Assembly (NCBI GenBank): GCA_000708835.1
Contig: DF237022.1
Location: forward strand, 62,001-126,000
Length of the DNA: 64,000 nt
Direction: 5' to 3'
Source of the DNA: Klebsormidium nitens
Taxonomy: Eukaryota > Plantae > Klebsormidiophyceae
How positions within the stretch are numbered: position 1 is the stretch's first letter; every line of letters begins with the position of its first letter. The notes under the pieces are model-generated. The model searched no databases. It was not told the origin of the DNA and saw only the letters and a list, made by a program, of their open reading frames with translations. Both the position numbers and the translations under genes were made by a program. Below are positions 37,401 to 48,359 of this stretch, piece after piece.

Positions 37401-37558
37401 CTAGATCCCGTCGTTCCGTTGGCCCACTCGACAATGGAAGAGCGTATGCGAACCGAGTTTGGGCGGGAGTTTGAGAAGCCCACACCATAAAGGCAGACAA
37501 AGATGATGCCGATCACTGTCGACAGGACTCCCGCGCTGGCGAAGCGCTTTTGCTTCAT
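31466..37558 (-). CDS. Type II membrane GT-A fold (GT2-like) glycosyltransferase, about 473 aa, 6 exons
   Basis: Exons 37558-37280, 36370-36186, 35159-34919, 33713-33442, 32368-32191, 31732-31466 join in frame (1422 nt). It has an N-terminal TM anchor and the motifs IPVVGIPV..IYSIDVPV..VVN, NLGVSGSWN..APWFFLASADVAF, GVFDENIWPHPVEDKEY and YRAKW..RPFN. Confidence 0.82.
33855..34500 (-). repeat. Four acceptor plus exon-start copies upstream of GT exon 4
   Basis: Exon-like starts at 33921, 34085, 34292 and 34488 (functional 33713), all preceded by CAG. They encode variants of LDVIGVFDENIWPHPVEDK. Confidence 0.92.
35296..35350 (-). repeat. Acceptor plus exon-start copy upstream of GT exon 3
   Basis: ccgggctg(t)tcgacgtgcac...acccgagcctgtagaa at about 35307-35350 versus 35125-35167. 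Confidence 0.85.
36404..36480. repeat. 40-bp intronic tandem duplication near the GT exon 2 acceptor
   Basis: attgcctccggaacg(g/t)gaagctcac(t/c)atactt occurs twice, period 40. Confidence 0.85.
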
Positions 37559-39259
37559 GGCTGCCAAGATTAATAACCCAGTCACTACCCCAGAACAAAA
37601 GCTCCCGCGTGCTATGAATTACGTCTTAGCAGAACGTCCCAGCGTTCTGCACGTGGCTCAAAAGTCGAGGCCGGTCTCCTGTATCTTGACGCTCAGCAGT
37701 TACCGAATCAAAGAGAATGCAGAGGCTGTTGTCTTGATGTGACTTGGCCTGAGAATGCCCCTCCTAGCTTTCTGTTAGCTACCACCTTGAAGCCCGGATG
37801 CGAACGCTTTCAAACAGCGAAGACTCTGCTTTCTGAGCTGCCGGAGTCCTCATCCAGATGAAGCATTGGCAATGGAGAGAACAAGAAGCAGGACTTGGCT
37901 TGCTCGAAGGGCGGCATGTCAAAATCTTCATATCACGCACAGCCTCGATCGCAATGCTAGTAGCAAAAGATTCAGAAGAGGGCCCAAATAGCGAAGGAGG
38001 CGGGTGTCAACTCGCAAAAGGCGCCACAAACTGCAATGCAGAGTGGAGCACTGAGCAGAGCAGAATCCGTTCGGCGCCGCATGCGAACATCCCGGAGGGG
38101 TCTGTTTTCTGGTCAACAATGCCGTATAAGGGGCTGGCCGTTAAAATCTTAAAATCAGTGCGGTATGTAGTATCGAAATGTAACGTCGTTTCGAACTCAC
38201 AAAAGAGGGGAAGAGGTGGCTTCGATGATAAAGATGGTGGTCCTCCAAATCTCAAAATGAGGTATTAAATGGTCGAATATATGGAAATAGCGCCCTTCCA
38301 ATCTGCAGGCCTCTCACCAGCGCCAACCCTAATTTGGTTATCAAAAATAATATTTAGCGAGCGGTACGGACGGAGGATCCGCGTTCCGGAAACCGCGGGT
38401 CGGGTCGTTCGTGTTACCGCACGGCAGTCAGCCGGACGGTAGCTTTGGCGACTTGTGCGGTATGAAAGCCTTGGCTGGTCGCCTTCGAAGGTCGCCAACA
38501 CCGCACCGGTTGTTTCGGTCGGTTAAAATAGCAGCGACTCCGACGACTCGATGACCGCACTAGCTCCGGACAGCACTAGCTTACTAGCTGGTCAAGTTTC
38601 AACTGACTGCAGTACCTACTCGTATGCATGATGTGACACTGCGAGTCACCTCAGATAGCGGCTACTGTGGGTGACTTCTTGGTATGATAGGTACACTATT
38701 CTGAATAGTTGGGACCATGATTTCCCCCCTTCGCGCTTCCTTGTGGTTGTCACTTCATGCGCTTTAACTGACTCTAAGGCTCAGCCAGCACTAAGATCGA
38801 TGCTCAGAGTTAGCTAGAGTAGTGCCATCCCAGCTGAAAATTGCAATGTGAGGATCCGTCTAGCTGTTTACCAGCTGACCAGCTTGACATGTGCTAGTAA
38901 GTACGTCCTGAAGAAGTTTTCCTGGACGTCAGTATGCCTCACGTTTTCCTCGTGTCCAAAGGAACACATCAAACAGCTTGCAGACTGAAAGGCGGTCTGC
39001 GTTGATTTGGCGGCATCTTACGTACCTTCCTCTTCTCTAGAGACGGGTTCCTAGTCAGAGATTGGCAACAAGAAAGCAGGGTCTACCACATCTTGCCTCA
39101 GCATTGCAGCCAATCACGCCCCCCAGCCCCCCTACGCGGCCCATGAGCTTCGAAGTTTCACAGCCCCTTGAGACAGACCATACGTGCTCGCACACCAGGA
39201 AACCCGTTTCAGCTGATCCGTTCCGCAGGGGCAGCACTTCGATTGTGTACAGCTAAGCC

Positions 39260-40612
39260 ATGGGGGCAGTACTAGAGGGAAGTCCGGCGAACCTGGCGAA
39301 AACAATCCTGCTGCTCATTGGCTGTTTGTGCGCTGTTGCGGGGCTCTCGCAGCTGCGGCCCGAGGGGCGGGACTTGACGGGTTCATTCCTCCTGCGAGTG
39401 ACCGGCTCGGCGTCTTTCTTGGGGTGCCGAAACCAGACGGTGTTCGTGACGTTCAGCAACGAGTCGGCGAGCGCGGCTCCAGTTGGGGGGGATGCAGAAT
39501 CGGTTGCGACGCGGGCACAGCTGAGAGAGGGTGTGGCGCCCCTTTCTATTGTGGAGGGTGAGCTGGAGGAGTGTGAGGTGCCCTGCGATATCCTGCAGCT
39601 GGGGAACCTGACGTCGCTGTCAGAGGTTGAGAAGGTTAATTGCAATATCCAGTATTTCAACATGACGCAAATGCTGACGTTGCTGGCGGCGCATAAGGGC
39701 CAGGCCTGGGTTCAGTACAGCGGAGACTCTCTCATCCGCAATCAGTTTATGACGATCGCCGAGGAGATCCTAGGCTTGGAAGCCAATACGATCCCCCACA
39801 CACACGGGATCTGTTGCACTCTGGATGGGCTTGCTAGGAACAGCAGTGACCGCTGCACGACTTGGATTGGCACTGACATCAACCCCCAGGATCCGTCGAC
39901 GTATACCTGGGAGCGGGCGCGCAGGGCGCTCCGCGATAAGACGGCGGATTTCTGCTTCACTTTGTTGGATAATATAATAGTGACTGACGCAATCGGCGCC
40001 GTGCCATTGCTGTTTAAACCAGGGGAGATACACCCGTTGGTTGTGGTTTACGACATGGGTTTGCATTCGATGTTCCACGGGTTTAGCCAGCTGGGTTATC
40101 GGCACCACCTGGAGACTCTTACGGAGAAGCTGAGGGCTGTTAGGCAGCAGCAGCTTGAAGCGGGTAAGGCTCGGAAGTGGGCAAACGAAACTGGGGTGCA
40201 GACAGTGTCGAGCGAGGGGATGATGTTTACGCGCTTTATCTATCATATGCCAACGGCATATACCGAAGACATTTTTAAGTTCGTTGATCCTCTGAGGCGC
40301 AACGAGCGGACGGAGCTCTTTGTGAAGATCCTGGAGCAACATGTGGCGAAGAACGAGGATCTGTATAGCGTCGTCGATACGAACCGGTTGACGAAGTTTA
40401 TTGACAAGAGGCACACTTGGGCGCAGCTTAAAGTGATGGACGGAATCCATCCGTTTTGGCCTTATTACCACATAGTTACCCTGTTGGATTTTAACTATAT
40501 TAGCGGCTTATTTTCCTTTTGCACTAACAGAGACGATCTAGAGTACGTAGAAGGCAAGGAGATGTACGCGGGAGAAGCCAAAATGCGGAAAGTTCATGGC
40601 TGGGGCGCTTGA
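39260..40612 (+). CDS. SGNH/PC-esterase-type (TBL-like) putative glycan O-acyltransferase/esterase 1, 450 aa, no CDS introns
   Basis: Single ORF with an N-terminal hydrophobic anchor, a GDS motif (QYSGDSLIR) and a DxxH motif (MDGIHP). Clear paralogue of 50651-52870. Confidence 0.8.
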   Translation: MGAVLEGSPANLAKTILLLIGCLCAVAGLSQLRPEGRDLTGSFLLRVTGSASFLGCRNQTVFVTFSNESASAAPVGGDAESVATRAQLREGVAPLSIVEGELEECEVPCDILQLGNLTSLSEVEKVNCNIQYFNMTQMLTLLAAHKGQAWVQYSGDSLIRNQFMTIAEEILGLEANTIPHTHGICCTLDGLARNSSDRCTTWIGTDINPQDPSTYTWERARRALRDKTADFCFTLLDNIIVTDAIGAVPLLFKPGEIHPLVVVYDMGLHSMFHGFSQLGYRHHLETLTEKLRAVRQQQLEAGKARKWANETGVQTVSSEGMMFTRFIYHMPTAYTEDIFKFVDPLRRNERTELFVKILEQHVAKNEDLYSVVDTNRLTKFIDKRHTWAQLKVMDGIHPFWPYYHIVTLLDFNYISGLFSFCTNRDDLEYVEGKEMYAGEAKMRKVHGWGA

Positions 40613-40769
40613 GTATTAACGTAGGTAAATTCGCTTCGGGGCGTACTATATTAAACAGCTATCTGAAAAGTATAGATTACTGTAAACAGCTATCATTTGA
40701 TTGAAAGAATTTCAATTCTGACTGAGTATAGAATAAATTTATACTGCTCAAGACTGTTTGATTAGAGAT

Positions 40770-41450
40770 TCGTCGATTATCTGTACTTATACTTATGTGG
40801 ACGGTGCGGCCCGGAAGTGCATACCGGTCTTGTATTTTTACGGAAGCCTTGGACGATCTTGCACCACGAGCTCGCGTATGCTTTGCATGATTGCGTTGTT
40901 AAGCAACAGTAAAACTCTGCGACTTCCTTCCATTTTCTTTGCTGTGATAGAAAAAGACGATCCACCTCTGCATGACCGGTACGCACATGTGCCGTAGATC
41001 GACTGGCAGGCCCTCGGGCGGCGGCGCGCATGTGTTGCATACATGGATTTTCATACTTACTTCGTTCTCGAGCATTCAAGCAGATGCGGCCACGTTAAGT
41101 TTCTGCACCGTCTCGTTCCCGAAACCCTCAAATAAAAGAAGGTTGAGATGAGGGTTCGAGATGAGAGCGCTTGCGAGTAAGGCATGTGTGAGTATCGTAT
41201 ATGAGCACCATTCGCGCACAGCGCAAGGGCGTGACGGTCAAGCATCCACAGCTCCATGCTTAAGCTACTCAAGCCTGGCACGTTCTGCGTACGGTGCTCA
41301 CATGAAATGCAACAGGCCCCGGCGAGATCACAGGCACTGAAAGCATGGTTAATCTTAATTGCCCTAAGGTGCAAACAGAAAATCCAATGAATGTATACCA
41401 CTAGCAATCGATCAGTGTAATCTATTTTGCAACCATCGATTGAAGCAATC
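40770..41450. other. Palindrome-dense intergenic patch at the convergent SGNH1/FUT junction
   Basis: Dense GCATG, ACATGT, GTAC, GCGCGC and GAGCTC words. Judged by eye. Confidence 0.5.
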
Positions 41451-42083
41451 AAATCGGCCCGAAATGAGTCCGCTCGCCAGCCACTAAGACCCTAGTGGTG
41501 GCCCAAGCTTCTGGCGAGCTTGAGTCTGGTCGCCTCGTAGCTAGCTCGAATTCTAAGCGTTTTTTACAGCTCAAACAGCCTGAAGCAAGTCAATTTTAAA
41601 TCCACTGTCATATATAACAGAAAGTCATGATATGCAACGTCCAGAAGCGGCCGGAATTTTAGAACAGATTATGTAGCTATAGCCATGGCAATGGACGTGT
41701 TTTAAGCTTGGATCTCGGGTAAATGATCGACAATTGATCTGGCAGAGCCCCGTTCAGCACCATTGTTGAAACGCTTCCACGATCGCGGCACTTTTCCAAT
41801 CGGCCGCGCCTCATACCATCAGTGCATGCAAATGTGCTGTGGATCCTTCATACAAAGGAAGTCTGAGCTAGAAGCAGAAATGGACATATTTTCTACCAAC
41901 ATCCGCTGCCGAACATAGAACTTAGCTAGTTATTCTGTTGGTGAATCCGAAAGGGCGGCGCCGCAGTACTCTTAGCGTCCGCAAGGACGACAGTCAATAC
42001 TTTAAATTACAAGAGTTAGGCGCCCTCTTTACAACGACCGAAGGACTGCTGAAGTATGCGTGTTACTTTTAATCAGAGGCTTC

Positions 42084-45000
42084 TCACGACGCTTCCGGAA
42101 ATCTCGGCCTGGTGTCCACAAGCGTGACCCCCCCCACGAAATCCGAGCAGCGCTCCAGCTCCGGACTCGCCATGTGAATCGGCCCCCCCACGTGGGGCAT
42201 CTTTGGACACACCAAATACTGCGGGGCGGAGTGCCAGCACGGGTCGCTGTTTTTGGCGCGCTCGCACGAGTAGTAGTTGGGGTAATACGGGTTCTTCCCG
42301 GCGATGCTTGACGAAACGTAACCGAACGTCGACGTTTGCGTCAGGATCTGGTGGTCCGTAAAGCTGAGCAGCCAAACGTCGAGCACGGCCGAGTCGTAAT
42401 GAGAGAGGTCGCTCCACCGCTCCTCCTGTTCGTGCGTCGCGCTCAGCACCTGTGTGAAACGGGTTGCGTTAAATACCCTGAAACTTACAACCCCTACACC
42501 CCCTAAAATCTTTCGGTTCGCGGGAACAGGTGTGCTCGGAACGGGAGGTGAGTTTCTGCGTCAAGCGCCGGGACTCTACTCGGAATCACACCGCTCTCGA
42601 GATTACTTGAAAAGGCTCAAGCTATGCTAGGATAATCTGCCTGGCCGGACGAACGGGGTTAGTAAGGGGGTAAAGGGTGGCAGGGGTGCAGAGCAGATGA
42701 GGCTCAAAACTCAGACTTATCATTTTGCCACGGTCTTACTCAAACTCGAGCATATGACGAATTTTGCAGACCTGAGAAGAAAGATCCGATCCCGACCAAG
42801 AGCTCTGCCTTGAGCATCAGCTCTCCCCCGCGACTTTCAAAAACGACCTGTGAAAAGAAGAATTGACAGATGGGCGTTTGTCTCCCCCTCCTCCGCTGGA
42901 TGGTTGACAGACGGGCGTTTATCTCTCCCTCCTCTGCTTCGTCTCCTTACGAGTTTTCAAAACAAAATGCGGTATTTTAGAAGGGAAAGGCTGAACTCGA
43001 AAAGAAAAGGTCGCTGAAAAGACGATCGTTCTCAAAAACAATCGTTCCCAAGAACGATTGAGACACGAGCGCTTTTCTCCCTGCTCTGCTTTAGTCGTAA
43101 TGGGGTCTGGATACATGGTGAAGTGCCTCATCAAAGAAGAGACGGATTGTGAAAAGGAAAGATCGGAGAAAGGACAACCATTCGCACCTCCACTCTCCGT
43201 CCCTCCACCGTCTTATTCTTGCTGAAGACCTCCTTCAGATACTCCTCGTACTTTGGAATCATGCTCGCGACAAAGATGACGTCGAACGCATCCTTGTCTG
43301 ACTCCTTAGCAACCTGCGCCCCCTCTTGCGTCGGCAACGTGTCAAGCAGCCGCGGGATGAGGTCATGCTCGGCCATACACGTCAGCGCGTTGTCACTGGT
43401 CCGCTGGTTATAGTCCTCTAACGCGTTGCCCTTTTGTCGAATTTGGAGCCCGACAGACTTTGTGGCGCCGGCCATGTATTTGTCGTAGAACGAAGTGACA
43501 CGTGTCCAGATGCGGTCTTGCGGCAGGAACAGGTAGCGCGCCACGCGGTGGAATGCCTGCGCAAGCGAGGTGAAAACAACGTAAGCGAATTGGATATGAC
43601 GTCAGCTACATATGTGTCGCAAAACGACGCGGCACGTGTCCGGATGCGGTTTTGCGGCAGGTAAGGGTGAACGCGCCACACGGTGGAAGGCCTGCATAAG
43701 CTATTTGAAGCGACATCAGCCGTGTAGATGTTTCGAAGAAGGATTACTTGGTGCGGTCTTGTTGGGAAGAGACTTTAGCATCCCACTGGGTGGAACCGGC
43801 GCTGACGTCAGTGTCGGAGATTGACGGCAACCGTTTTCCCGCGAGTGACGTGACCCGTGTCCGATCTCTGCGGCATAGAGGTGTCCCGCCAGGCGGTGCA
43901 GCGCTTGAATAAAGAGTGACGTCAACAAGGCGAAAGGTGAGGTCAGCAAATTATAAAGCGCCAGCGCCGGGTGCACATTCCAGAGAGGGATAGACCATGT
44001 GCGACCAGAAGAGTCGTCAGCGAATCTGATGGAAAAACGTCACACGATGGGCTTGGCTCGAACAGGATTTTTATATCTTCAATTGAGAATATTGACGTGC
44101 CGCCGATTGGACACGTGGCAATGGGATTGTATGGTCCGCTGGGCCTCAATTTTGCTGAGTCTTCCACAGACAAGGCGGGAAGGACAGTAGGAAATAACCT
44201 CTGATTACTGCTGGCGTCATCACGGCCAACGCAACCTCAACTTCTGTAACGCCTTCGGAAAATTACGACTTCAGCGATGACAACAACACGAAAAGATGAT
44301 TGTAATCAAAATGAATCAAGCTATCGATTTTGTCTCGCAAAAGGGTAGTGACTACAGTAGCTGCAATCGACCATTTTCTGAGTGCCCACATATGACGGAT
44401 GTAACAGAACGGGCTTTTAGAAGTGTGAGCTCACCTGATTATCGGGGAAGATCTCTCTAAGCAGTAGCCGCTTTGTGGGATGCACGTAAAGGCCCGGAAG
44501 CCTGCACAATGTGCCCAACATTACCATATCAGAAGAGGTTCTTCATTCAGCTTTCCAATTGGACTTTCTTTCGCTGTTTAACCAATCTCGACCCAAACCT
44601 CGTGAACCAGCTCGTTTCAAGCAGTCCGCTAACCGAGTCCATAACCACAAACGTTTCCTCGCCCGATCAGTAAACAACTCCCTAGGCAAGCTTGACCGTC
44701 CTTTAACCACTCCTTTGAGAAATCGTTTGGATCCTAAGTAGGACTTAACCAGACGTCGCGTCTGTCATAGCATATGCCTGATTTAAAGAGCGTTGCTCCT
44801 GAGATTCCAACGTTAAGGAACGGTGAAGGCCGTTTCGTCGAGGAATGAGGAAGCCTTGTTATGAGTGCTCCCCCTCAAACCAAAATCTTCTCTTGTGCTG
44901 CTGATCAATCAGAGCGTTCTAGAAGTCGTTCGATCCTGAGGAGCTTGACAGACACCACGTCTCTCACGAGAGAGAAAGTCGTTCTGAGAGACGGGTTGAC

Positions 45001-48000
45001 TTCAAAGATTTTCCGGTGGTCAGAAAACATCTATCCTGAACCCTGCAATCGACCCTGGAAAGTCCAGACTGCTACACAAAGACGTGAGCTGGAGTAACTA
45101 GACTGAGCGCTCACCAGTAGTTGTTCCACGTGTCGTGCGGGAAGATGAACCACGTCCGCGTCTCCAGTTCGTTCATCTCCTCTTCGCACGCGGTCAAGCC
45201 AAGGACGTCCTTCATAGGCCACTGCACCGGAAACATGTACCGCTTGGATACTATGCAGGGTTAAGTGGACACAACACTTGACCGTAAAGAAGCGCTATAG
45301 CTGCTCTTGAGTTTACTTGTCGGCAGACACTTCGATGGTCCTTAGAGGAGTGATAACCTAGGTATTCCTAGCTTTCAGGAACCGCAATCTGGAACTAAAG
45401 GAGAGTGGAGCGCAGTAGACTGTCTGATATGATACTTATTTTGTGGATCTTGGTAAGCCTCGCTCACTGCCTCAGAAGCCAACAAATCTACCAGAAGTGG
45501 CCGAACAAGAATGATGCTGGACAGAGTCTACTCTCTTTCGGGACTCGCACTCTACGAGGTGCAAATCGAACTGGCTGATTTCAGAGGCCGCTACTTGGAA
45601 TTGCCAACTCTTGCGCCACTGAACTGACGGTCTTGGGGTGTATTGGCCCCCGCTAAGCAAGTGACATCTAGGTCTGGCGAAGACTTTCGACGGCACTGAA
45701 AGTTGTTGATTGGAACGAGCTTCCATTGCACGTCGAACAACCCAAATATCGAAGCTGACCGGGAAACAACGAAGCAAGCCAGACGAGGCGAAACGGGCAG
45801 AATACCGAACCGACAGGATTCCAGGAGTTGCAGAGAAAGCCAGGATATGAGAAGAGACACAAAAAAACAGGACAGGTTTAAGCAGCAAACGAAGCGGAAG
45901 GGACAACATGGTCTTACGGGCAGGTTGTCGAACATCTTGAGAACTGGGAACTCTGCCGGAAGTAGCCAGCTTGACCCGGGGAACGGCTCACAAAACAATT
46001 GCCCAAGGGCTGCCTTGACACCAGCGTCGACCAAGAGCCTGAACGGAAGAAAGGGACAAAGGACTGGTGTCAAGGATGTTCATGGGCCAGCCGAGAGCCA
46101 CCACGTTCGTCCTCTTTGAAAGTCTGATCTTATGAATCTTGATAAGCTTGACGAGCAATGCAATCAACTGAATGTCCAAAAATTCTTCGATCGGTGTCTC
46201 GCAGTCATTCAAACGTTTTCAAACCGGCAGGTATCAGCACTGGCAAAGCTCCGTCAAAGGAGTCACCAAAGCTTCACAACCCCAACGATTTCAGCCTGGA
46301 AGTTTTTTCACCCTCAGCCAGATTGCAAGAACAAATGTTTATGAGACTCGAACTATTTTCAAAGCGGCTGAGGGATTTTGTGCGGTCACAAGTTTGTTGT
46401 ACGGTCATTTGTGACCTCCTCGAAATGAGAGTGCCATGCGTGCGACTTCTTGAGAAAGCTCGGAGTGACTTCGACTTTCAGAAGTATCTGTGTAAACAGT
46501 GGAGAGCACGGAGAAACGCTGACAGGGGATTGGTGCAGCTTCCAAATGACAAAAATGAAGCATGACGTGTAATCACAGCTACAGTTTGACATCAGTGCCC
46601 CTTGGGAAAGTGTGAGAGAGCATAGTGGTACCGTCCCACAGCAACGCCCTTTTCGATGCCCAGTCACGAAGGCCCAAAGCGATCAAAGTGAAGATCTCAA
46701 CTCCAACTGCTATTATTGGAATAGGTCGACCAATAAGAAAATGAATGATGAAGGACAACGGGCTGAGATTGATGAGGAAAAATGGGGTTTGGAAAAGGGA
46801 CAAAGAAGAGCGACACTCACACTCGCTGAGTCAGCACTGCGTACACAAACGTCGACGCCAGGTTCAGCATCTTGTTCCCCAGGCCCGCATGTCCGGACCA
46901 GACCATAAATCTGCATCCGTCAGGGGCCCCCTCCCCCCGCCACGCTTCCGTGATGTTTTTCATGTTGGAAACACAACCGCGGTGATACGCCGCATACGCG
47001 TCAAAGACCTGCCCGGCGACCTCGTTTGCATCGTCCGCTTCTCTGGGGGGGTACTTTGCTCTCTCGCCGCGGGCCTTGCACGCCCCCCCGGAATGAGCGT
47101 ATGGACCGAGGGAATGTGTTTTTGCCTTGAGCTGTGCTAGAAAGTCTAGGATCAGGGGGCTGGGAGGCGCGACGAGGGTGGGCGTTTCAAGGCCTGCAGA
47201 GTGAAAGGGGGTTTGGTTCTTTCGCCTGCGTCAAATGACTGACTGTTTGAGTTCTTTCAATGACTTGGCATCAATTTGCTGGCGCAGAGGAAAACTGGCT
47301 TAGATTCGTGGTTGACTGGCACTGTTAAAGGTTCCAAGTGTAGGTCTTCTTGTAGTGGACAAAGCAGCGCGCATGCGATTGCGATTCTTTAAAGGACGAG
47401 AGGTATTGATCACGCTTTGCCTTTCAGATTTCGGGCAAGTTTCAATCGTCAAAACCAATTGTTGCATAACCTGGAGCCCCATGCTGATCAGAGACTCCCT
47501 TCTGCCACGTGTAAATTCCGCAGCGTAACGAGACGCACTTCCAAATCAAAAATTGGTCCTTGTCTTCCGCTTCTTCTGCAGATCTAGGTTGATGATCAAT
47601 CAACAAGAGTAAGGGCGGATCGAAGTAGGAAACAGTAGAGTAGCAAAATGTGGCCGCCCACTCAAAGGACCAAGAAAGTGGTGATGAGTGGTTTCATTCG
47701 CCTCCTACGGAAGAGCTACCGCCGCAGTTTGCTTGGCAGTTCCTGTGCAACAAACCACCACGCTTCGCTGCTGAATATCTTCAGAATGAGCACCAGCTGA
47801 GGCCTCTTCATCGTGTGTTTGTGTTTTGGTCATCAAGACACTTCAAAAAGGACAGACTTCCGATCTCATGAAACCTGACAAGAATGACATCGCTTCACCA
47901 AGCAACGAAAAAGCTGGGACTTCCGAACTTAGTAATCGTCTATCCTTGGTTTTCCAACCTCATCGTCGCACCTTTGATTAGGAGTCAAGCTTCTCAAGGA

Positions 48001-48359
48001 GTGAAACTCATTGCAAAGCAGCGGGAAAGCTAGAAATTCTGGACCACCGATCCGGTGTCTTTAGCTTTTTAATTCATAAACAACTATGAACAACTTGTGG
48101 ACCTTTACAAGCTAGTAATAATCAACTCCATACCAAGACAACGAGATTTAAGAACGCAGTCCTTACCTAGTCCTCCGATCGCTTTCATCAGCGGCGGGAT
48201 TGCCGTTCCCCCGGACATAGAAACAACTAGAGCCGACAGCAGAGAAGCCAACAGCACCACACAGGCTACGGGCCCCCTATGTCTGGAAGCATAGCTGTGC
48301 ACGAGCGCCATTGACTTCAGTGTGTTAGTACTAGTATCTGCAAAAGGGTCGTTCTTCAT
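42084..48359 (-). CDS. FUT: GT37 (xyloglucan/AGP alpha-1,2-fucosyltransferase-like) protein, about 520 aa, about 8 exons
   Basis: Exons 48311 (or 48359)-48167, 47136-46821, 46038-45918, 45618-45556 (tentative, weak donor), 45221-45115, 44501-44435, 43556-43188, 42449-42084. Motifs: N-terminal TM, CRFMVWSGHAGLGNKMLNLASTFVYAVLTQRVLLVD, LFCEPFPGSSWLLP, AFHRVARYLFLP, VGLQIR, WLLSFTD..STFGYV, DPCWH. Confidence 0.88.
43595..43910 (-). repeat. Two acceptor plus exon-start copies upstream of FUT exon 43556
   Basis: Copy 1 starts at 43691 after CAG (gccttccaccg..ctgccgcaaaaccgcatccggacacgtg). Copy 2 at about 43845-43905 has lost the AG. Confidence 0.8.

Noticed and set aside
39770-40471. Long antisense ORFs (also 51752-52522, 6334-7029, 19079-19603, 30851-31270, 56116-56787)
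   Set aside because: These are shadows or alternative frames of GC-rich coding exons and repeats, with no recognisable motifs.
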